56,151 nt of DNA from Chloroflexota bacterium (GTDB lineage Bacteria; Chloroflexota; Limnocylindria; QHBO01), in contig JBDTYC010000001.1 in NCBI GenBank assembly GCA_040005815.1, positions 1-56,151 on the forward strand. The letters run 5' to 3'. Each line of letters opens with the position of its first letter. Within the stretch, counting starts at the first letter, position 1. Of this stretch, positions 45,791 through 54,519 are shown piece by piece. The notes below the pieces were generated by a model. It had not been told where the DNA came from, made no database searches, and saw only the letters and a list, made by a program, of their open reading frames with translations. The position numbers and the translations under genes were made by a program.

Positions 45791-48700
45791 CTAGGTCACG
45801 GATTCGGCTTGCGCTTCTGTCGGCGCCGACTCGATCGGCCGGCTCTGCGGCGCGGGTGACGCCGCTCCCCTGACGATGGCGAGGCGGTCGAGGATCGGCT
45901 TCGCGCCGAGTCCCTCGAGTGTTGCACGTGCCCAGTCGACCGCGGTGTGGACGTCGGCCGAGGCCCGCTCGTTCGGTGGAAGCAGGGTCGCCATGTCCGT
46001 CACGGCCAGTGCCTCATCGAAGGCAAGGCCGGCCTGGCGCCAGCCCTTGAGAAGCTCGCGGTACCCAGCCAGGGCCTCCGCGCCGCGCCCTTCGAGCGCC
46101 GCGACGCCCGCACGGATCGTCGCCATGTCAAGCTCTACGGCCGTCCCGCGATGGCCCGACGCATGGAGGGCTTCGACGGCTGCGGCAGCGCGTTCGGCGT
46201 CGCCGGCCCACAGCGCCGCCCGCGCAGCCAGCGGGGTGGCGAGTGGGTGAAAGTAGCTTGTAACGGCTGCGGCAAGCTCCGCCTCGTGGCACGCATCAGC
46301 ATACGAACCAGCCGTGAACGCCGCCCACGAGCGGGCCCAATGTTCGTACGACTCGAACTGGGAATCCGTGATCGCCTGGCGCAGTTGCGCCGCTTTCGCG
46401 ATGTCAGCCGAGGCGTCGCCACCCCGCAGCGCGGTCAGAATCGCCCGGTCGGAGAAGAACTCCGCATACCATGCGAACGATGGGTCGGGCGGAATCCACT
46501 CATCGAGAAGCGCTTCGACCCAATCCCACTCTCCGACCCGAATCGCGCAGATGCTGCCATTGCCAACCATGGTTGCTCCGTACGACCGAGAGCTGATTCG
46601 ATGTGCGATCTCGAGTCCCTCGCGAGCGAGGGCCAGACCTTCCGAACTGTCGTTCCACTGCGCGTAGAAGGTCAGCAGGACCCGGCCTGTTCGCTCCCTC
46701 TCCCAGAAGCCGATGGCTGTCGCCAGTTGATGGCCACCCCGCAGCAGGACCAGCGCCTCGCGTGACCGGTTCATCTTTATCAGGATCTGGGCCCGTGAGA
46801 TGAGGCCGGTGGCGATCGCCTCCATAAGGTCAAGGCGCTCGGCGATCGGCAAATATCGGTCGACCCAGCCAAGCGCAACATCCTCATTCAGGCTCCCCGA
46901 ATTGCTGGCTGCCAAAGCGGCCATCAGCCACACGCCCTCTGGTGTCTGCTCGAGGTCAGAGAACTCCGCCCATGCCGGCTCGAGGATCTCGACGGCGCGC
47001 TGCGGAGTGCCGAGCCAGCCCTGCACCGTGCGTGCGTAATTCGCGATGGCCGCGGCGATGGCCGGGCGGTCTCCAATCTCACGGGCCGCTTCCAACTGCC
47101 CGAGGGCGTGGCGCTCGACGGTGGATGGATCGAGGCCATGCTCGGCGGAGTCCTGGCCGCGCCCATGGAGATCGGCGCGGTCCTCGGCGCTGGTCGCCAC
47201 CTCGAGCGCCTGTTCCAGGAACTTCACTGCCTGCTCGTGCGAGCCGAGGGATGCCGCGCGATCGGCGGCTCCCCGCAGCGCGATGCGCGCCTGGGCCGCC
47301 AGCGCATCGGCCTCGTCCTTGTCCGCTGCCAGGCGCTGGGCGGCGAGGTAATGGCCGGCCAGCCCGCCGGCCAGCTCATCTGTCCCGAGGCTCTCGAAGA
47401 ACCGGGCGGCCGCCAGGTGCCGAACCTTGCGGTCCTTTTTGGCCAGCGTGTTGTAGGCGACTTCGCGGATGAGGGACTGCATGAAGGAGTACTGCCCCCG
47501 CTCCGGGGAACGTGCGTCGGCTTCAAGGATCAGCAGCTCGCGTCGAACGAACGTCCTCAGTCGCGGCTCCAGCTCGGCGCCATTGATGCCGGAGATGGCG
47601 GACAGTCCTGCAACCGTGAAACTCTGCCCCAGCACCGCGGCGTCCTCGATCAGCCCTCGGTCGGCCGCCTCTAGCCCGTCCAGCCGCGCCGCGATCAACG
47701 ACGTCAGCGACTGAGGAACGGCAATTTCGCCGAGATCACCGGTGGGCCGGTAGGCACCGTCCTCGAGCACGAGCTGGCCCTGGGCAAGGAGCATGCGGAC
47801 GGTCTCCACCGCGTAGAGAGGCATCCCGTCGGCCCGCTCGACGATGGCGTCCGCGGTGCGTGGCGGCAGCCCCGGGACGAGGCCCGCGAGCAGACGGTGC
47901 ATCTCTTCGGGCGGCAGGGGTTCCAGGTGGATCGACGTGAAGTTGCGTTTTCCCGCTCCCCAGTCCGGCCGCTTCTCGAGCAGCTCCGGGCGTGCCAGCG
48001 TGATCACCGTGATCGGAACCGTGCGGCTCCACTCCATGAGGTGGTCGATGAAGTCGAGTGTCCCGGAATCGGCGTGGTGCAGGTCCTCGAACAGCATCAC
48101 CACCGGCGAGACCGCGGCCATGCGTTCGAAGAACGTACGCCAGGCGGCGAAGAGCTGGTCCGAGCTGATATCGGCCTCGAACCCGAGCAGTGCCAGCAGC
48201 GCCGATTGGATCCAGCGCCGTTCGTCGGCAGCGGGCACGTGCTGCTCGACCGCGGCCGCGATCTTCTCTCGACTCACGGCCTCGTCGTCCGTCTCCAGCA
48301 GGCCGGCCCGTCCCCGGATCATCTCGCCCAACGCCCAGAAGGTGATGCCGTCGCCATAGGCAGGGCTGCGCCCCGCGTGCCACCAGGTCTGGCCCGCCAC
48401 CCCATCCACGTACTTGAGGAACTCCCAGGCGAGGCGAGACTTTCCGATGCCCCCCGGCCCGATCAGGCTCACGAGGCGCGGCCTCCCCTCGCGCTGGGTC
48501 GCGTGGAAGAGATCCTTGATCTGGCGCAGCTCCTCGTCGCGACCGACGAACGGCGCCTCCAGGGCCTCGCTCCGGTTGCGGCCTCCGATCTCCGACACCA
48601 CACGGACCGCGCGCCAGGTGGGGACCGCCTCGGCCTTGCCCTTCAATGCCTGCTCGCCGGCATCCTCGAAGACGATCGATTGCGCCGCCGCCCGCTGGGT

Positions 48701-49327
48701 CGTCTCTCCCACCAGGACGGTGCCGGGCCTGGCCGCCGATTGGAGGCGGCTGGCCGTGTTGACGATGTCGCCCGCCACCATGCCCTGGTTGGTGGCGCCA
48801 AGGGTCACCGCCGCCTCGCCCGTCAGGACGCCGCATCGGGCCCGGATGCCCGGGCCGAGAGTCGTGACAATATCCACCAGGTCGAGCGCGGCCCGCACCG
48901 CGCGCTCCGCGTCATCTTCGCGGGCGATCGGCGCTCCCCACACGGCCATCACCGCGTCGCCGATGAACTTCTCGACGGTCCCCCCGTACCGCTCGATGAT
49001 CTCGCGCGATACGTCGAAGTAACGGCTGAGGGTCTCACGCACCTCCTCGGCATCGCGCTCCTCGGAGAACGGAGTGAATCCAACGAGGTCGGCGAAGAGG
49101 ACCGAGACGAGCCGGCGCTCCGAGACGGGCCGCGGGCCACGGCCGGTCGTGGTCGATGCGTCCGGGGTAGCCGCGACCGCCAACGGCGTTGCGCACTCCG
49201 AGCAGAACCTGGCGGTGGGCGGGTTCGCGAAGCCGCACTGCGGGCAGGCGGCGGCGAAGGGGGCAGCACAGTCGTTGCAGAACTTCGCCCCGGCGCGGTT
49301 CTCGCTCCCGCAGCTTGGACAGATCAA
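45791..49327 (-). CDS. double zinc-ribbon / class III adenylate-guanylate cyclase / P-loop (AAA_16, STAND-like) NTPase / TPR-like repeat protein (paralog A)
   Basis: Zinc ribbons CPSCGSEN..CNDC...CPQCG..CSEC. Cyclase motifs VLFADLVGFT, EKFIGDAVMAVWG and VNTASRLQ. NTPase motifs FVGRDEEL, GPGGIGKSRL and MLFEDLHHAD, followed by a ~600-aa helical repeat tail. The TTG start at 49327 was chosen because paralog B starts MDCPSCG and B's stop is at 49332. Confidence 0.8.
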   Translation of the reverse strand: MICPSCGSENRAGAKFCNDCAAPFAAACPQCGFANPPTARFCSECATPLAVAATPDASTTTGRGPRPVSERRLVSVLFADLVGFTPFSEERDAEEVRETLSRYFDVSREIIERYGGTVEKFIGDAVMAVWGAPIAREDDAERAVRAALDLVDIVTTLGPGIRARCGVLTGEAAVTLGATNQGMVAGDIVNTASRLQSAARPGTVLVGETTQRAAAQSIVFEDAGEQALKGKAEAVPTWRAVRVVSEIGGRNRSEALEAPFVGRDEELRQIKDLFHATQREGRPRLVSLIGPGGIGKSRLAWEFLKYVDGVAGQTWWHAGRSPAYGDGITFWALGEMIRGRAGLLETDDEAVSREKIAAAVEQHVPAADERRWIQSALLALLGFEADISSDQLFAAWRTFFERMAAVSPVVMLFEDLHHADSGTLDFIDHLMEWSRTVPITVITLARPELLEKRPDWGAGKRNFTSIHLEPLPPEEMHRLLAGLVPGLPPRTADAIVERADGMPLYAVETVRMLLAQGQLVLEDGAYRPTGDLGEIAVPQSLTSLIAARLDGLEAADRGLIEDAAVLGQSFTVAGLSAISGINGAELEPRLRTFVRRELLILEADARSPERGQYSFMQSLIREVAYNTLAKKDRKVRHLAAARFFESLGTDELAGGLAGHYLAAQRLAADKDEADALAAQARIALRGAADRAASLGSHEQAVKFLEQALEVATSAEDRADLHGRGQDSAEHGLDPSTVERHALGQLEAAREIGDRPAIAAAIANYARTVQGWLGTPQRAVEILEPAWAEFSDLEQTPEGVWLMAALAASNSGSLNEDVALGWVDRYLPIAERLDLMEAIATGLISRAQILIKMNRSREALVLLRGGHQLATAIGFWERERTGRVLLTFYAQWNDSSEGLALAREGLEIAHRISSRSYGATMVGNGSICAIRVGEWDWVEALLDEWIPPDPSFAWYAEFFSDRAILTALRGGDASADIAKAAQLRQAITDSQFESYEHWARSWAAFTAGSYADACHEAELAAAVTSYFHPLATPLAARAALWAGDAERAAAAVEALHASGHRGTAVELDMATIRAGVAALEGRGAEALAGYRELLKGWRQAGLAFDEALAVTDMATLLPPNERASADVHTAVDWARATLEGLGAKPILDRLAIVRGAASPAPQSRPIESAPTEAQAESVT

Positions 49328-49331
49328 CGGG

Positions 49332-52300
49332 TTACGACCTCTGACGCTCTTCGGTCGCAAGAGGATAGCGGGCGCTGGTGGCTGACAGCGTGGCCAGCGA
49401 GGTGGCGCCAAGCCGCTCGAAGATCTCCCGCGCCGAGGCCTGGTCGTCGACGTGCCCGGCGAGGAACCAGCGATCGAGGTGGCACAGGGCGAGCCGCAGC
49501 GGCAGATCGAGCTCGCGCCAGGCACCCAGTGCAGCGGCCCATTCCCGCTCCGCGGCGCTGGATGCCGCGTGCTGAGAGGCGACGGCCGCGCGAAGGGTCT
49601 GCCGGGCCGCTTCCGCCGAGCGGCCCCACAACCGGTGGGCATCGAGCGCATCGGATGCCTGTGCCGCGCCGTCCGCATCACCACTCCATGCCGCCAGCCG
49701 ACCCGCCAGGGCGAGCGCCTCGAATTCCTCGAAGCCCTCCGCCCCCTGAGTCGCCGCTCGGGCCAGGTCCAGTGCGTCGGAGAACCTGCCGCCGGACATC
49801 TCGACCATGGCTCGAGCGTGGTTGATGGAGCCAACCGCCTGGAGGTCCAGATCGGCCTCGAGGTCGCCTATCCCCTCGATGGGCCGCGATGCTTCCGCGA
49901 TCCCCCGCATCGCCCGGATGACCGTCTGGGTCACAGCGAAGTCGACCCGGTAGACCGTTGGCAATTCGCCGCTCGATGCGTCGGCGAGCGCCGTCATCGC
50001 CCAGTCCCAGTCGCCGATGTCGACGGCGACCACGCTCGCGACGTCGACCAATTGGAGCGCCATCTCGCGGCTGCCGAGCCGGTTAGCCAGGTCCAGACCC
50101 CTGCGGGCGGTGCGGGATGTCTCCTGCGGATCGTCGCTCACGGTGACCCACGCCAGGTTGTTGAGCGCCCGGAGCTGGAGCCGGCCAAGGTCCGCCGCCT
50201 CGGCATCTTCGATCGACCGGCGCAAAAGCTCGAGCCCCTCTGCGGCTCCCTCCTCGGCGCGAGCGGTGCCCAGCGTGATCCGCGCGTCGATGGCCGTTGC
50301 AATGGCCGCGCCGGTGTCGCCGTTGGCCTCCGCCGCCGCGATGGCGCGCTCGGCCCACTCGACGGCCCGGGGCCGGTCCCCGCGCAGCAGGTGCGCGCGG
50401 GCGAGCTCCGCTGGCAGCTCGGGCGGGACGGAGGCGCCGTCCCCTCCCGCGGTCGCCGCCGTCCAGGCGGCCTCGAGCTCCGCCAGGGCGGTGTCGCTTC
50501 GCTGCGCCTGCAGGAGGAGGCTCGCCAGCTGGGCACGATGACGTGACGCCCCAGCCGCGTCGTGGAGACCCTCCCGCAGCCCGATCGCGTCGCGGAGATG
50601 CTCCTCCGCCCGATCGAAGCGGGCCGCGGAACGGGCGGCCAGCCCGGCCGCCTCTGCCAGATCGGCTCGCGCGGCAGGGAGATCAGTGAGCTTGAGGGCG
50701 TCCTCAAGGTGAGTCAGGGCTCGCACCGGCGCATGGAGCGCCTGGGCTCGATCCGCGGCGAGCTGCAGCGCCTCGCGCGCACGACCCGCGATCGCGGCAT
50801 CCTCGGGCTGCGGCGCGGCGCCGGAGGTGAGCGCCGCGAGCAGGTGCTCGGCGATCGGTTCGGCGAGATCGGGATCGTCGAGCGATTCCAGGTAGGCGAC
50901 CACTTCGAGGTGCCGGGTTCGACGCTGGCGGCGCGACAGGGTGTAGTAAGCGACCTCGCGCACGAGCTCCTGCACGAAGCTCAGCTGCCCGCGACCCGGC
51001 GACCGTGGCTCGTCGTCCATCGACAGGAACTCACGCCGCAGGAGGGCGCGCACGCGTTCCCCGAAGGATCGGGGATCGGCGCCCGACAGCGCGGCCAGCG
51101 ACTCTGGCGCAAAGCGGCGGCCCAGCACGGCGCCGGTCAGGAGGAGCGCCCGATCCGCAGCGGGCAGCGCGTCGATGCGAGCCGCGATGAGCGCATGAAG
51201 GGACTCGGGGATGTCGGCGGTCGACTCGACCCCGCCACTCGGAGAGCGTTCCATCAGCATCCGCGCCATCTCGACCGCATAGAGCGGTACGCCGTCGGCC
51301 CGTCGGCGTACCGTCGTCACGATCTGCGGCGAGAGGCCCGGAGCGAGGGCGGCCAACAGCTCGTCGATCGCTTCGTCCGGCAGGCGGTCGAGGTGCATCG
51401 CGGTGAAATGCGGCAGGCCCGCGCCCCAGGTTGGTCGAGCGTCGAGCAGCTCAGGGCGGCCCAGGGTGAGCACCAGGATGGGACGGTGGCGCGACCAGTC
51501 GGCGACGTAGTCGATGAAGTCGAGGAGGCCCGGATCTGCCCATTGCAGGTCCTCGAAGACGAGCGCGATCGGCCCCTCATCGGCCTGTGCCTCGAAGAAG
51601 CGTCGCCAGGCCGCGAAGAGCTCCTCGCGCTGCGCCTCCTGGCTCCCGCTCGGTTCGAGCAGCGCCAGGAGCCGCGGCTCCATCCATTCGCGCTCCGCGT
51701 CGTCAGGAAGGAGGCGGTTGAGCGTCTCGCCCAGCGCACGTCGCACCAGCTCGACGGGGTCGCTCTCGGCGATCCCGGCGCTGCGGCGCACCACGTCGGC
51801 GAGCGGCGCGAAGGCCGTCCCCTCGCCGTAGGCGGGGGCCCTCCCGACCTGCCATCTCGCTCGCGCGGCAGCGTCCCCGGCTCGCTGCTCCAGCTCCCAG
51901 GCGAGCCTGCTCTTCCCGATCCCGGCGATCCCGATCACCGACACGACGCGCATCCGGTGCTCATCCCCCACGGCAGACAGGAGCTCGAGGAGCGCTCGCA
52001 GCTCAGCATCGCGGCCCACGAACGGCCCGGGATGCCCCGCCCGGGACTCAGTGCCGGGGTGCTGCGCGACGCCCACGGCGCGCCATGCCGCGACCGCGGA
52101 GGCCTTCCCCTTCAGCAGCTGATCGCCAGCCGCCTGGAACTCGATCGCCTGACCGATGACGCGGCGGGTCACGTCATCGACCAGGACCGTGCCTGGCTCC
52201 GCCGCGCTCTGCAGGCGTGACGCGGTGTTCACGAGGTCGCCGGTGACCATCCCCTGTCCGGTGGCGTCGACCGTCACCGCCGCCTCCCCGGTCGTGATGG

Positions 52301-52760
52301 CGGCACGCGCCACGAGGTGTCCGCTGCCGGGGGACGCGATCGTCTCTACCGCGGCGACGACCTCGAGTGCCGTGCGGACTGCGCGCTCTGCGTCGTCCTC
52401 GTGGGCGACCGGCGTCCCCCATACCGCCATCACGGCATCGCCGATAAATTTCTCGAGGGAACCTCCGTAATGCGCGACGGCAGCACGAGCCGCCTCGAAG
52501 TAGAGCGACTGGATCTCGCGCACGTCCTCCGGATCCAGCGACTCCGAGAGGGTCGTGAACCCCACCAGGTCGAGGAAGAGGACAGAGACGAGCCGCCGCT
52601 CCGCGAGGCTCGGGCGCGACTCCGCAACGCCGTGCGCATCATGAACACCGCCTGCGCCGACGGCCGGTGCCTCCGGTCGTGAGGACGTGAGCGCAATCCC
52701 GCAGGTCGGGCAGAAACGGAACTCCGCCGGATAGGTCAGGCCACAGCTGGGGCAGTCCAT
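49332..52760 (-). CDS. zinc-ribbon / class III nucleotide cyclase / P-loop STAND-like NTPase / TPR-like repeat protein (paralog B)
   Basis: Zinc ribbon MDCPSCG..CPTCG. Cyclase motifs VLFLDLVGFT, EKFIGDAVMAVWG and VNTASRLQ. NTPase motifs FVGRDAEL, GIAGIGKSRL and LVFEDLQWAD, followed by a helical repeat tail. TTG at 52823 is an alternative start. Confidence 0.8.
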   Translation of the reverse strand: MDCPSCGLTYPAEFRFCPTCGIALTSSRPEAPAVGAGGVHDAHGVAESRPSLAERRLVSVLFLDLVGFTTLSESLDPEDVREIQSLYFEAARAAVAHYGGSLEKFIGDAVMAVWGTPVAHEDDAERAVRTALEVVAAVETIASPGSGHLVARAAITTGEAAVTVDATGQGMVTGDLVNTASRLQSAAEPGTVLVDDVTRRVIGQAIEFQAAGDQLLKGKASAVAAWRAVGVAQHPGTESRAGHPGPFVGRDAELRALLELLSAVGDEHRMRVVSVIGIAGIGKSRLAWELEQRAGDAAARARWQVGRAPAYGEGTAFAPLADVVRRSAGIAESDPVELVRRALGETLNRLLPDDAEREWMEPRLLALLEPSGSQEAQREELFAAWRRFFEAQADEGPIALVFEDLQWADPGLLDFIDYVADWSRHRPILVLTLGRPELLDARPTWGAGLPHFTAMHLDRLPDEAIDELLAALAPGLSPQIVTTVRRRADGVPLYAVEMARMLMERSPSGGVESTADIPESLHALIAARIDALPAADRALLLTGAVLGRRFAPESLAALSGADPRSFGERVRALLRREFLSMDDEPRSPGRGQLSFVQELVREVAYYTLSRRQRRTRHLEVVAYLESLDDPDLAEPIAEHLLAALTSGAAPQPEDAAIAGRAREALQLAADRAQALHAPVRALTHLEDALKLTDLPAARADLAEAAGLAARSAARFDRAEEHLRDAIGLREGLHDAAGASRHRAQLASLLLQAQRSDTALAELEAAWTAATAGGDGASVPPELPAELARAHLLRGDRPRAVEWAERAIAAAEANGDTGAAIATAIDARITLGTARAEEGAAEGLELLRRSIEDAEAADLGRLQLRALNNLAWVTVSDDPQETSRTARRGLDLANRLGSREMALQLVDVASVVAVDIGDWDWAMTALADASSGELPTVYRVDFAVTQTVIRAMRGIAEASRPIEGIGDLEADLDLQAVGSINHARAMVEMSGGRFSDALDLARAATQGAEGFEEFEALALAGRLAAWSGDADGAAQASDALDAHRLWGRSAEAARQTLRAAVASQHAASSAAEREWAAALGAWRELDLPLRLALCHLDRWFLAGHVDDQASAREIFERLGATSLATLSATSARYPLATEERQRS

Positions 52761-52803
52761 CAGATTGACCGCGATCGGCCAAGCCAGAGCAGGTGCGTCG
52801 CGG

Positions 52804-53160
52804 CTACTCCTCTTCCTTCGCAAGGGTGATGCCGACCGTGCTCGGATTCGTCGAAACGAGCACCATGGCGTAGACGATGAAGCGCTCGAGCGTCTTCTCG
52901 TGGTTCACGATCATCGTCGAGATGCGCGGCGTCTCGTCCTCGTTGATCAGGCGGTACCTGCGGAGAGCCTTGACGGGGTTGTGAATCAGCTCCTCCGCCT
53001 CTCCTTCGGCACCGTCGGGGTCGCCGCTCGGGCTCTTGAAGGCTCGAAAGTGCAGACGGAAGGCGGGAGCCATCACGTCCGGGGTTATGTCCATCCACTC
53101 ACTCGGAACGCCTCGCTCCGCGTACTTCTCCTGCAGCATCGCCCATGCGTCGTCGAACAT
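52804..53160 (-). CDS. hypothetical cytoplasmic protein (118 aa), first gene of the cyclase operon
   Basis: ATG at 53160 is preceded by AAAGGAGGAGG. The composition is protein-like and not R/P/G-biased. No family is recognised. Confidence 0.6.
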   Translation of the reverse strand: MFDDAWAMLQEKYAERGVPSEWMDITPDVMAPAFRLHFRAFKSPSGDPDGAEGEAEELIHNPVKALRRYRLINEDETPRISTMIVNHEKTLERFIVYAMVLVSTNPSTVGITLAKEEE

Positions 53161-53205
53161 CGGTCCTCCTCCTTTTGCCCTTCGGGGCGCTGATCATAAG
53201 TCGGC

Positions 53206-53335
53206 CCTGATGACCTGCCTAGATGCCACGCGGTGTCGGTCGAATGACAGGCCCGCTGTCCGGGGGCTGCTGGTGGGATCACGATTGCGCGACGAGACTG
53301 TGGGGAAGGCCGGCCACAGGCAGGTCATCATCAGG
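53206..53335. repeat. inverted repeat in the divergent promoter/leader region (12-nt perfect core)
   Basis: CCTGATGACCTGCCT (53206-20) pairs with AGGCAGGTCATCATCAGG (53318-35): 12 perfect bp, a 3-nt bulge, then 3 bp. The right arm runs into the AGGAGG SD of the 53347 gene. Confidence 0.6.
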
Positions 53336-53346
53336 AGGTCGAATCG

Positions 53347-53925
53347 ATGAGCGGATCGCAGGAGGGCGCCGCCCTCAACATGAAGGACGGGCAGGGGATG
53401 CTGGCCATCTCAATCCCGGACCAGGAGACGGAGCAGCGGCTCCGAGCACGCTTGACCGGTAGCAAGGGCGCGGCGCTCGCCGTGCGGATCAGCGCGGCGC
53501 AGCCAGCCGACGTCGAGGGCCACGCCTTTGACCTCGCCTCGGTCTGGGTCAGGCTACAGCTGGAGGGGGACGACACAGAGGGGCACGCCATTCGGGTCCA
53601 GTTCCCGACCGCAGCCGACGCGGACAGGTTCCGTCGCAACGTCCTCGTCGCCGGCATCCTCGCGAGCTCCATCGTCCTCGGCTCGGCAGGCGCGATCGCG
53701 TTGACCAGCCAGCCAGCCGCGAACAGCACGACGGACCAGTCGGAGGTGTTCCAGGCGCCAGCGCAGGGGACCGATGTCCTCACCGGTATCAACCCGGCGA
53801 CCGGCAAGCCCTGGCGCAGCGGATTCCTCGAGCGGTCCGACGGTGAGGTGATGGCACCCGCCGACGCCGCGGCGCCAGTCATGCAGCGACCGGAGGGCCG
53901 TGGCCCGCTGGAGACGGTCGAGTAG
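53347..53925 (+). CDS. hypothetical single-pass membrane protein with duplicated D-[VT]-E-G-H-A motif
   Basis: ATG is preceded by AGGAGG with an 8-nt spacer. TM helix is VLVAGILASSIVLGSAGAIALT. The motifs are DVEGHAF and DTEGHAI. Confidence 0.55.
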   Translation: MSGSQEGAALNMKDGQGMLAISIPDQETEQRLRARLTGSKGAALAVRISAAQPADVEGHAFDLASVWVRLQLEGDDTEGHAIRVQFPTAADADRFRRNVLVAGILASSIVLGSAGAIALTSQPAANSTTDQSEVFQAPAQGTDVLTGINPATGKPWRSGFLERSDGEVMAPADAAAPVMQRPEGRGPLETVE

Positions 53926-53943
53926 CAGGAACGAGGTGACCAG

Positions 53944-53973
53944 CGAGGTGAGCGGCCAACGCCGCTCACCTCG
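53944..53973 (+). terminator. GC-rich hairpin (13-bp perfect stem, 4-nt loop) downstream of the 53347 gene
   Basis: CGAGGTGAGCGGC-caac-GCCGCTCACCTCG. There is no U-tract, as is common for high-GC hairpin terminators. Confidence 0.5.
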
Positions 53974-54081
53974 TACGTGCCCCGCGTCGCGGCCGGCGCA
54001 GGCGGGGATATGCGAACTGCTCGGGCTCGACTACGATACCGGTCCGAATTCCACTGATCGATCGCTCCCAGAGGAGGCGCC

Positions 54082-54519
54082 ATGGATCTCGAGAAGGCCC
54101 TCGCCGCAACCCCACTGCTCGCGGATCTCGATGCGGCAATCATCAAGCGACTCGCGGAGCAGGGCGTTCGTCGCGTCTACCCCGCCGGGGACTGGATCAT
54201 TCGCCAGGATGCGCCGGCATCAGCCCTCTACATCATCCTGCGTGGTCGCGCGCGGGCCGAGAAGGACGGCGAGATGGACCGCACGCCCAGTGAGCTGTAC
54301 CCCGGCGACTTCTTCGGCGAGCTCGCGCTCATCGAGGATCACCCTCGAACTGCGAGCGTCCTCGCCGTCGAGGAGACCGAGTGCATCCTCTTCGTAGCTT
54401 GGGAGTTCACCGCCCTCCTCAAGGAGCACCCCATCATGGCGGTGCCGATCATGAATGCGCTGATCAAGCGCCTCCATCGGCGCGAGCACAAGCCCGACGC
54501 ACCCGCCGCCAGCGCCTAG
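54082..54519 (+). CDS. stand-alone cyclic nucleotide-binding (CNB/cNMP) domain protein
   Basis: Phosphate-binding cassette FGELALIEDHPRTASVLA. At 145 aa it has no output domain. SD is GAGGAGG. Confidence 0.85.
   Translation: MDLEKALAATPLLADLDAAIIKRLAEQGVRRVYPAGDWIIRQDAPASALYIILRGRARAEKDGEMDRTPSELYPGDFFGELALIEDHPRTASVLAVEETECILFVAWEFTALLKEHPIMAVPIMNALIKRLHRREHKPDAPAASA

Noticed and set aside
49328-49834. N-terminal 169-aa extension of ORF 45791..49834
   Set aside because: It overlaps the 3' end of paralog B in another frame and is R/P/G/S-rich. The homologous paralog starts immediately before its first CxxC, which supports the TTG at 49327.
47897-52220. Long + strand ORFs 47897..49825 (642 aa) and 50562..52220 (552 aa)
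   Set aside because: They are antisense to the two cyclase-NTPase-TPR genes, have no motifs and show extreme R/G/P/D composition.
53331-54146. 271-aa minus-strand ORF
   Set aside because: It is antisense to the SD-supported 53347 gene and to the terminator hairpin. Its composition is S/A/R/P-rich.
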